A stretch of DNA of 51,934 bases from positions 1 to 51,934 of the IMG/VR virus record IMGVR_UViG_3300035564_000113; one strand, given 5' to 3'. Numbering within the stretch: the first letter of the stretch is position 1; every line of letters begins with the position of its first letter. The translations under genes and the position numbers were made by a program. Origin of the DNA: a virus. Lineage: Duplodnaviria > Caudoviricetes. Shown piece after piece: positions 1-6,822 of this stretch. Under the pieces are notes generated by a model that saw only the letters and a list, made by a program, of their open reading frames with translations, was not told the origin of the DNA and searched no databases.

Positions 1-123
1 TAGGTGTTAAGTTTTCGGGAAAGCCGATCCGCAATGGCGTCGATGCCAGCGAATAGCTTGGGAAGCTCGCGGTCTTTTGGGCCATTCTCGCGGCTCCCGG
101 TCATTTCGTCCGCTACTGCGTCA
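1..123. repeat. Terminal direct repeat, copy 1 (circular assembly overlap or terminal redundancy)
   Basis: Identical to 51812-51934. Confidence 0.97.
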
Positions 124-296
124 AGCGCATTTAGAACCGCCTCGCGGCACTTCTCGCGCATCTCGTCGCGTTGCTCATCTATCGTTTTGGCTCCGTCTTG
201 CGACATTCCAACCGAGCGAAGGAAAGCGGAATCTTGGTCAAGCGCCTGCCCAGCGGTGCGGCCATCGGCGCGAATAGTGTCTCGGGTTATTTTCAT
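1..296 (-). CDS. Hypothetical early protein; ORF crosses the circular junction and continues at 51811 downward
   Basis: ATG at 296 (MKITRDTIRADG...), no stop down to base 1, in frame with ORF 51526..51915. Confidence 0.7.
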   Translation of the reverse strand, partial: MKITRDTIRADGRTAGQALDQDSAFLRSVGMSQDGAKTIDEQRDEMREKCREAVLNALDAVADEMTGSRENGPKDRELPKLFAGIDAIADRLSRKLNT

Positions 297-315
297 TGTT
301 ACTCCGTGCTCGCCG

Positions 316-519
316 TCAGGCGGTGAGTGCCTTTTCGATTCGCTCTTTGCGCGTGGTGTAATCTTGGGTGTATTCACCGTCCGAGTAGTTGGACTGCGAA
401 ACACCGTGTTTTTGAAAGTCAGAAAGGACTTCGCCCAATGCCTCGCGCATTTTGGCCGTTTTCTCGCACTCGGCATCGTAAAGAGCCTGAATCGTGTCTA
501 GTTGATTCGCGTTTTTCAT
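316..519 (-). CDS. Hypothetical early protein
   Basis: 67-aa ORF in a run of small minus-strand genes. Confidence 0.65.
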   Translation of the reverse strand: MKNANQLDTIQALYDAECEKTAKMREALGEVLSDFQKHGVSQSNYSDGEYTQDYTTRKERIEKALTA

Positions 520-554
520 GTCTTTTCCGCTCTCGCGGGCTCGGGGTTAAGTGG

Positions 555-743
555 TTACAGTTCAATTTCGTTGTCGTTCCAAGGCCAAGGCAGCGTTTGC
601 GCGGGACGGGGAGATGCTTGGATTTCTCCTGTCTCCCTGACCGCGTAAGGGCTTTCAAAACCGTAGCGCGCACCGCTTCCAAGTAGATCGAATAAGCGGC
701 CGTCTTCGGTAATAACGCCGTGGGAAGTAATTTTAGCTTTCAT
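555..743 (-). CDS. Hypothetical early protein
   Basis: 62-aa ORF with ATCCCATG start context. Confidence 0.65.
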   Translation of the reverse strand: MKAKITSHGVITEDGRLFDLLGSGARYGFESPYAVRETGEIQASPRPAQTLPWPWNDNEIEL

Positions 744-767
744 GGGATCAAGTTTGAAGGTTTGCGG

Positions 768-995
768 TTAGGTTGCGGCGACGTTGAAACGCTCCGCCGC
801 ATGGGTGAAGCGCGGGTTTGACATTGACCAGTAGGACCAAGCGCCCGGAAGCGCATTGCCGTGCGAAACGGCTTCGTCGCGGGTTAAGAATGCGTCCTTG
901 CCGACATACCAGCAGCCTGTTTTCGCAAAGCCGAGTAGCTTCGCGTTGGTGCTTGTCGGGTAGGCGTAGGCTAGAATCTTTTCGGGAGGGTTCAT
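768..995 (-). CDS. Hypothetical early protein
   Basis: ORF trimmed to MNPPEKILAY start, downstream of AACTCCC leader. Confidence 0.6.
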   Translation of the reverse strand: MNPPEKILAYAYPTSTNAKLLGFAKTGCWYVGKDAFLTRDEAVSHGNALPGAWSYWSMSNPRFTHAAERFNVAAT

Positions 996-1082
996 TTGTT
1001 CGCAGGGAGTTGAGTTTTCTGTTGAGATGAGAGCGTGCCGGGTTTCCTCGCCCTGCGGCACTTGCTCCCATGCAAAGAGGGG

Positions 1083-1286
1083 TTAGCGGATGGCTGCGGC
1101 GTGTAGCCGTGATTCTTCTGCGAGGCTAGCCGTGCGCTCGGCAATGATAGCCGACTGCAAGGTCTGCCGATACTCGGCGGCCAATACTAGGCATTCGGCC
1201 GTACTGACTGCTGGATTGCGCAGCGCAGAAATCAGCGCATCACGCGCCGGGGCGGAAACGGACTGGATGAGGATGAGAGTTTTCAT
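1083..1286 (-). CDS. Hypothetical early protein
   Basis: MKTLILIQ start preceded by a repeated leader. Confidence 0.65.
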   Translation of the reverse strand: MKTLILIQSVSAPARDALISALRNPAVSTAECLVLAAEYRQTLQSAIIAERTASLAEESRLHAAAIR

Positions 1287-1347
1287 GGGAGGGAGTTGGT
1301 TGACGGGTTTCTCGCCCTTTCGGAGCGGTGCGAGAGACAAAGGGGGG

Positions 1348-1530
1348 TCATTCCGCGTCGGCCTCGGCGAGGTCTGACCTGAGTTCCGCAAGTTGCTCGG
1401 TGGCTTCTTCCTCGGTGATGCTGCCGTCGGCAAGGCCATCGGCGAGCGAGAGAGCGGACTCAAAAATCCCGTGGCTGATGTTTTGCGATTTTGCGGCGAA
1501 GGCGCGGATTTGTTTTTCGAGGGTTTTCAT
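1348..1530 (-). CDS. Small acidic hypothetical protein, probable first gene of the leftward early operon
   Basis: 60-aa ORF, D/E-rich C-terminus, repeated leader. Confidence 0.7.
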   Translation of the reverse strand: MKTLEKQIRAFAAKSQNISHGIFESALSLADGLADGSITEEEATEQLAELRSDLAEADAE

Positions 1531-1556
1531 TGGGGGGGGAGTTGGTTGACGCGCCT

Positions 1557-1585
1557 ACCATCGGCCATTGGTGCACCTTTGGCAA
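1557..1585 (-). promoter_or_regulatory. Putative sigma70-type leftward early promoter
   Basis: TTGCCA-N17-GATGGT on the minus strand, about 27 nt upstream of the ATG at 1530. Confidence 0.4.
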
Positions 1586-1645
1586 GACTAAAATACGTCA
1601 CTACGTAGAACTACTTACCAAAACCTGGATTCCGCGCCCAAATCT

Positions 1646-1660
1646 ACATTACGGTAATGT
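1646..1660. promoter_or_regulatory. Palindromic operator-like site
   Basis: ACATTAC-G-GTAATGT perfect palindrome; degenerate copy at 1687-1701. Confidence 0.45.
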
Positions 1661-1743
1661 GACCTCCGCTCCCTCGGAAGAAAGTTACTTGACAGTAATG
1701 TAATCCTGCCCTCTTTTGCCCGCAGGCGCACGGGTATTTGTTG

Positions 1744-1782
1744 ACGGCATCACTTCGCAAGGGGTGATGCCGTTTTGTTTTT
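1744..1782 (+). terminator. Rho-independent terminator
   Basis: ACGGCATCACTTC-GCAA-GGGGTGATGCCGT stem (with G-U pairs) followed by TTTGTTTTT. Confidence 0.8.
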
Positions 1783-2290
1783 GCTTGCCCAACACCCGCG
1801 CATTTCTTTGGCTCGGCGCGCAACAAACTCAGTGCGCAGCCCGCTCCTGCGATCATACGTGAGCGAACCTCCCCACTCTCACCCGCGCAGGGCAGACCAA
1901 GGGATTCTCTGGCAGCCGGCCTTGACCAATCGTCAGACCCAGCCGGCTTACACTTTCGGGCGCCATGGTAGCGCGCAGGGCAAAAAGCTGGATGTCTTCC
2001 GACCGCGTGAGAGTAGCTCCCCCGAAACTCAGTGGCAGGGCAAGCAAGCGCAGCTCAGCGGAGTCCGCAGCGCGCCTCCTTCGCCCGGTGAATGACCAGA
2101 TGCAGCGCGCAAGCGCAACGTGGGTACAGGGCCAAACCAGCACGGCATCCGGTGACAGTGGCAACGCACGCCCAGCTTCCTGCGGGCTTCGCTCTCTTGC
2201 CCACTTCGCCCTCGCCGGGGTGAAGTGTGGACTCACAACCCGCAACCCGAGAGCTTGACTCTCCCCCGATCTCGGCGCAATTCTGGCCTT

Positions 2291-2950
2291 ATGGTCGCAG
2301 AGCAAACCGCCATAGCCAAGCCGCGCAGCAAATCCCTCAGCGCCGGCAACGCGTGCACTACATGGACCCTCATGCGCGAGCTCGCGGCCGAAACGATGTA
2401 TCTGGTCGATGGCCTGCCTCCCCGCGCAATCGCGGCCGCTCTTTCCACTCCAGAGCGCATCATTTCCAGAAGCGCCGTCACATCACTGATTTCGCGCAAG
2501 GGCTGGACCCAGAAGCGAAGGCAGCAATCGCAGAAGAGTGCAAATATTGCACACAAGCGCGCCCAAGAGCATGTTGAAATGGTCGTACAAGCGCAGGGAT
2601 CACTTGCGGCAGCGGCTAGCGTGCAAGGACTTAAGCGAGCAATGGAAGCGGCTGAGTCAAGTGGTGAAGATTCGGCGCGAGATTTTCGGAGTTGGGCGGG
2701 AGGCGCGCGCGATCTGGTCAACATCATGCGGCAGGCGCGCGGCCTGGTTGATCCGGGCAAGGCGCAGAGCTCGGGAGATGACGCGCGCACGGTTAACTTG
2801 TCGTTTTTCGTGGGCGCGTTGACCTCTGCCGACCGCGCGCAGGGAATGAAGTGCGTGGGTCCAGTGCTCGAGTGCGAGGCAGTGAGCGCGCCGGCGCCGA
2901 GCCCGAAAGCGATTGCGCCCATCGCAGCGCAGCCTACGCTCGCCGGATGA
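2291..2950 (+). CDS. Putative terminase small subunit (N-terminal HTH)
   Basis: HTH-like 'MYLVDGLPPRAIAAAL...AVTSLISRKGW' followed by helices; upstream of terL. Confidence 0.6.
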   Translation: MVAEQTAIAKPRSKSLSAGNACTTWTLMRELAAETMYLVDGLPPRAIAAALSTPERIISRSAVTSLISRKGWTQKRRQQSQKSANIAHKRAQEHVEMVVQAQGSLAAAASVQGLKRAMEAAESSGEDSARDFRSWAGGARDLVNIMRQARGLVDPGKAQSSGDDARTVNLSFFVGALTSADRAQGMKCVGPVLECEAVSAPAPSPKAIAPIAAQPTLAG

Positions 2951-3036
2951 TTCTCAGAAGCGCGACAAGACACGCGCCTTTAACTCTCGCATGTCTGCCA
3001 ATCTGAACATGCGCGGCGAGCGCCTTGACTGATGGC

Positions 3037-3066
3037 TTGACACGCGCGCTTTAGCGCCAATAGATT
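3037..3066 (+). promoter_or_regulatory. Putative sigma70 promoter
   Basis: TTGACA-N18-TAGATT in intergenic DNA. Confidence 0.5.
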
Positions 3067-3192
3067 AACATCACGTTCGGCAGACAAGGGCAGGCAGTTC
3101 ACCCCCCGCCGTGCCCCCCACCCGCCCACCGCGCACCCGTCGCCTGAATGACATCATCCTTTCCACAGACGTGCCCTACGCGTGAGGGAAAA

Positions 3193-3831
3193 TCACCACT
3201 TCATTTCGCGAATGGTGTTTGCGAGAATCGACGCGAGTTGCGGTGAGAGGGCGAAGCGTGCGGTGTTGATCTCCAGTGAGCATCGGATGTCGCCACCGTT
3301 CTTCATACGCTCGGTCGCGGCCTTCCAGTCCATGAGCATTTCGAGCACGTCGAAAAGGCTCATGCCGTTGACGCTGGATTCCAAGTGGTCGGCCGTGCTG
3401 CGTAGGAACTTGGCCGTATCGAGAAGCGCATTGACAGCGAGCGCATTGACAGCGGCTGAGCCCTCAGTGCCGCTCGCTGCGTCCGCCTGTTGTCCTTGGG
3501 CATCTGCGGTCGCGCGAATCATGGCGCCGAGAATTCCGCTATCCTTCCTTGGGTAGAACTCTGGGTGATGCGAATTGGCCGCATAGTGGTGGTCAATGGC
3601 TGGTTTCTCCGCGCGCAAGCAGGCACGGTACTCTTCGGAGCCGTAGTCCATGCCGGAGAGCGAAAGCGCCTTCAGGCGGTCAAAGGCCGACTTCTCGGGC
3701 TCAACCAGTTTGCTTTCGTCGTGATCGCGCCCACGGTCATAAAGTTTCTGAGCGCAATCGTCGATGAGTTGACGGACGCGATGGATGTGGGCCATCGTAT
3801 CGGAGGTGGAATCGGATGGGATGTTGGACAT
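3193..3831 (-). CDS. HD-like phosphohydrolase (DUF5662-like)
   Basis: Motifs HIHRV, HDESK, HHYAANSHHPE, EMLMDWKAA. Confidence 0.75.
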   Translation of the reverse strand: MSNIPSDSTSDTMAHIHRVRQLIDDCAQKLYDRGRDHDESKLVEPEKSAFDRLKALSLSGMDYGSEEYRACLRAEKPAIDHHYAANSHHPEFYPRKDSGILGAMIRATADAQGQQADAASGTEGSAAVNALAVNALLDTAKFLRSTADHLESSVNGMSLFDVLEMLMDWKAATERMKNGGDIRCSLEINTARFALSPQLASILANTIREMKW

Positions 3832-3917
3832 AGAAATTGGCGGGTGCCTCAGCTTACGTTCTGTTTACCAGCGGGCCAGGTTTCTTCATCCGCGCTGGCG
3901 GTGCCCTAAAGTGTGAG

Positions 3918-4343
3918 TCACTTTTTGCGTTTGCGCCGATGCTTGGGGCGATGGGGAGGGCGCGCGTTGGCAATTTTGCGCCAGCGATTGAATTCGTGGG
4001 CGAGATCGGGGAGAGAGTCGGCCATGAACATGCCGGCGCGGGCGGAAATTTCCGAGAAATGGACGTGCTGGATGACAAAGGTGTAGCCGGACTGCTCGCC
4101 GCCGTAGTCGGGCGAAGGGAGGAAGCGGCAGCCGCAGTGGAAGGCGGCAAACTCGAAGGCTTCGTGAAGGAGGCATTCGACGACGCGGCCCCATCGGCCC
4201 TCGCCGTAGCCGACGCGGATGAAGGGGAGAGGGGAGCCGGGAGTTTCAACGTTGGTCGAGAAGGAGCCGCCGTAGCCGTCGATCAGTTCGAGGCGGACCT
4301 TCATGGGGCCGAGGTTGTAGATGCCGATGCGGGAGGGTTTCAT
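3918..4343 (-). CDS. Hypothetical protein with a degenerate zincin-like motif
   Basis: 'ECLLHEAFE' (HExxE); fits the minus-strand operon. Confidence 0.6.
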   Translation of the reverse strand: MKPSRIGIYNLGPMKVRLELIDGYGGSFSTNVETPGSPLPFIRVGYGEGRWGRVVECLLHEAFEFAAFHCGCRFLPSPDYGGEQSGYTFVIQHVHFSEISARAGMFMADSLPDLAHEFNRWRKIANARPPHRPKHRRKRKK

Positions 4344-4379
4344 CGGTTAAAATTCCATCGAAGACACGCCCATGGATTT

Positions 4380-4631
4380 TCAGGTACTTTTTCCATGAGC
4401 GGCTTCCATCTCCTCAAGATCATTCGCCTCAGCCATGAGATTTTTATAGCGTTTATCCAAATCTGGGTTGGCCAAGCGGACTGCGCACATGGCCATCGGC
4501 GCGCTCCCGCAATCCCCCATCGTGTCCATCTTCGCGGTGATCTCGTTTAGAAGGACCTTGAAATCGGCGCCGATTTCTTCCTTTGATCGTGGCACGACTT
4601 TAATGTTTGGTGTATTCATTTCGTTTTCCAT
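4380..4631 (-). CDS. Hypothetical protein
   Basis: 83-aa ORF. Confidence 0.6.
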   Translation of the reverse strand: MENEMNTPNIKVVPRSKEEIGADFKVLLNEITAKMDTMGDCGSAPMAMCAVRLANPDLDKRYKNLMAEANDLEEMEAAHGKST

Positions 4632-4660
4632 GTTAATGATGGCCCTATGGCGGACTTAGT

Positions 4661-4801
4661 TCAGTAGCGAATATGACGAAGGGCGGATCTGCGACCGGAA
4701 GCGATGCCATTAACGTAGCCCAAAACAAAGCCGATTATTCCGCCAGTGAGGACACAGGCGAAAATGAGATGATGCGAAACGTGAACGATGGTGGCAATCA
4801 C
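4661..4801 (-). CDS. Small membrane protein (not in ORF track)
   Basis: GTG start overlapping the upstream stop; 46 aa with hydrophobic LIFACVLTGGIIGFVLGYV. Confidence 0.5.
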   Translation of the reverse strand: MIATIVHVSHHLIFACVLTGGIIGFVLGYVNGIASGRRSALRHIRY

Positions 4802-5025
4802 GTGAGTTCGGTGTAGGGGTTCGACGCCACAATTTTCTCAACGACTTTTCGTTGTGATTGCCCTTCGGGGCTCGAGGCGAATTCCTTTCGGCGGCGGCGG
4901 GTTTCCCAACCGAGTTTCGCTGCATCTGAATGACGAATGCGAATTTCGCCGAGTTCACGTGGGCTCATCAGCCATCTGCGAGGAATTCCGATTCCCCGGA
5001 GGATGGTTCGGAAATTCAGTTTCAT
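4798..5025 (-). CDS. Basic hypothetical protein
   Basis: ATGA overlap with the KTSC gene. Confidence 0.6.
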   Translation of the reverse strand: MKLNFRTILRGIGIPRRWLMSPRELGEIRIRHSDAAKLGWETRRRRKEFASSPEGQSQRKVVEKIVASNPYTELT

Positions 5026-5258
5026 GTGAGTTCGGAGTGGCGGAATCTGCCGCGGATGGCGGAGAAGAAGAAATTGCCGTGGGATTTGGCGGACATCAGA
5101 TCGTGGTGGAGGTGTGGAGGAACGCCGTGGTAGCGGTAGGTCTTGCCGCCGTTGGCGAATTTCACATCAAGGGTGTTGGTGGCAGGGTCGTAGCCGACCG
5201 CGGCGAGGTGGGAAGACTTGATGGGGGAGAGGGGGAGGCGGGGTGCCTGAGTATTCAC
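5022..5258 (-). CDS. KTSC domain protein
   Basis: SSHLAAVGYDPATNTLDVKF..G..YRYHGVP......LMSAKSHGNFF...IRGRF. Confidence 0.9.
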   Translation of the reverse strand: MNTQAPRLPLSPIKSSHLAAVGYDPATNTLDVKFANGGKTYRYHGVPPHLHHDLMSAKSHGNFFFSAIRGRFRHSELT

Positions 5259-5455
5259 GGGATGGCCTCCAGTTCGGCGGCGATCCTGCCGATGGCAATG
5301 TCAGCGAGTCCAGAAGAGGCGTAGTCCACCTCAATGAACTGGGTGGAATCGGAGAATGAAACGCGGAGGGAGGTCCGGTTGGCGTAAACGTATCGCGTGA
5401 CCATTAGGATTTTGGAGGCGACAACGATCTGGCCGTCGATCCAGATGATTTTCAC
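5255..5455 (-). CDS. Hypothetical protein
   Basis: 4-nt overlaps on both sides. Confidence 0.6.
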   Translation of the reverse strand: MKIIWIDGQIVVASKILMVTRYVYANRTSLRVSFSDSTQFIEVDYASSGLADIAIGRIAAELEAIP

Positions 5456-5730
5456 AGGGATGAGGGCGGGAGTTTGAAGCCGTGGGGCGGGACGATGATG
5501 TTTGACGAAGGCGAAGCGGCTGGAGCCGGAACCATGTCGTGCTGGGAGAGTGAGGCGAGAGCGAGACTGTGGTAAGTGAGCACGCCGATAACGGTATCTG
5601 GGTGGAGTGCGTGGGCCGTGAGTACTTCGCGGATGGCGCCGGCGATCTTTTCGGAGAAGATAAAAACGTTGGTCGCGGTGGGATCAGGCTGGCCGGGTTG
5701 CTGGGCAGGACCGCAAAGATTGGAGATCAT
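5452..5730 (-). CDS. Hypothetical protein
   Basis: 4-nt overlaps on both sides. Confidence 0.6.
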   Translation of the reverse strand: MISNLCGPAQQPGQPDPTATNVFIFSEKIAGAIREVLTAHALHPDTVIGVLTYHSLALASLSQHDMVPAPAASPSSNIIVPPHGFKLPPSSL

Positions 5731-6035
5731 GAGGCGGGAATGTAGGCGGTGAGGATTTTTTCGGAGGCGACTTCGAGGGATTCGCCGTTGACGTTGACCT
5801 TGGAGAACGCCATCTGGCAGGGGGCCAGTGCGATGTCGCCTACATGAACGTTTTCACATTTCGGGCCGATGGCGATAACGTCGAACTTGGCTTGGTCAAC
5901 GTGCATGGCGGTCTTGGGGATGAAGATTCCTCCGACTTCGGCCGGTCGAGCGTGGCGGCGTAAGAGCACTTTGTCGCCGACTGGGCGAAAGGTGGTGATG
6001 ACGGGATCCAGGGATGAGTTATGACGTTGGAGCAT
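5727..6035 (-). CDS. groES: GroES/Cpn10-like co-chaperonin
   Basis: FRPVGDKVLL...GGIFIP...VIAIGP...VHVGD...EKILTA matches the Cpn10 pattern. Confidence 0.85.
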   Translation of the reverse strand: MLQRHNSSLDPVITTFRPVGDKVLLRRHARPAEVGGIFIPKTAMHVDQAKFDVIAIGPKCENVHVGDIALAPCQMAFSKVNVNGESLEVASEKILTAYIPAS

Positions 6036-6213
6036 ATTTCTTCTTGCGTGGAGGATTGACAGTGATGTAACGGGAAATTTCGCATGCCTCCCTCCCGTAG
6101 ATTTTGTAGAATGAGGCCAGGGCGTGAGTGGCCTCGGATGAGGCAGAGCGGAAATTCTTTTGGGCATCCGTCTTCACTCGTTCGGAAATCTGAGGATCGA
6201 GGCGCACTTGCAT
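6019..6213 (-). CDS. Arc/Mnt-like ribbon-helix-helix DNA-binding protein
   Basis: MQVRLDPQISERVKTDAQKNFRSASSEATHAL resembles the Arc pattern (beta strand, A..N.RS..SE); start position uncertain. Confidence 0.65.
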   Translation of the reverse strand: MQVRLDPQISERVKTDAQKNFRSASSEATHALASFYKIYGREACEISRYITVNPPRKKKYAPTS

Positions 6214-6340
6214 GGAATCCTCGTGGGGCAAAGTGGGGCAACCGTCAAGGACAATTTGAAGATTGACGGGGAAAGGATTCGGAGCGATGGGTGGGAGGTC
6301 GTCAGGCAATGCAGTAACGAAAATTCAACCCACTTCCACG

Positions 6341-6592
6341 ATGGCCGTCATCAGTTCCGTTTCGACCAAATCCAGCGGCTTTAGCACGCCGGCTGTCAAG
6401 TATACCAAAGTCACCGTGGATCGCGGCGACGGGAATCCTCATCCGACCGCGGCCGGCGTGCCGGCGGAAGATGTGGGCAAAGATTCGGGCGGCGAGTACC
6501 ACGAAACCCCCTCGGCCGGCATCACACAGACCGGCGTGGGCAGCCTTCAGGGCAACGATGCCGCCCATGAGCATATCGTCAAACACCCGTAG
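6341..6592 (+). CDS. Hypothetical protein
   Basis: ORF trimmed to MAVISS; first gene of the plus-strand late block. Confidence 0.6.
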   Translation: MAVISSVSTKSSGFSTPAVKYTKVTVDRGDGNPHPTAAGVPAEDVGKDSGGEYHETPSAGITQTGVGSLQGNDAAHEHIVKHP

Positions 6593-6595
6593 GCC

Positions 6596-6820
6596 ATGAG
6601 CGAGCCGCAAATCATTATCGAGTCCAAGGGCATAGCCAATGGCGTGCAGGGTTCGTATGCCGAGGCGTTGAAAGGGATGCCCCAGCGACCAGATCGGCCG
6701 GCGCCCAGCATCGGCTATCAGTGTCCGGCGTATGCGGACGTTCCCGGTATGCAACCGGCTCCGGCCAGTGCGGGCGATGCCACGATTGATGTCGGTGGTC
6801 CCTCGCGGCTCCACGTCTGA
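6596..6820 (+). CDS. Hypothetical protein
   Basis: Tightly packed before terL. Confidence 0.65.
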   Translation: MSEPQIIIESKGIANGVQGSYAEALKGMPQRPDRPAPSIGYQCPAYADVPGMQPAPASAGDATIDVGGPSRLHV

Positions 6821-6822
6821 CC

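Noticed and set aside
1-123. Biological direct terminal repeat
   Set aside because: It falls mid-ORF and its length is k-mer-like, so an assembly overlap is more likely; undecidable without reads
996-1347. Hammerhead ribozymes in the early spacers
   Set aside because: GAAAC is present but the CUGANGA core is absent
3837-4550. Long plus-strand ORF and similar antisense ORFs (e.g. 10023-10829, 22838-23824, 33994-34773)
   Set aside because: Shadows of GC-rich genes on the other strand; no motifs
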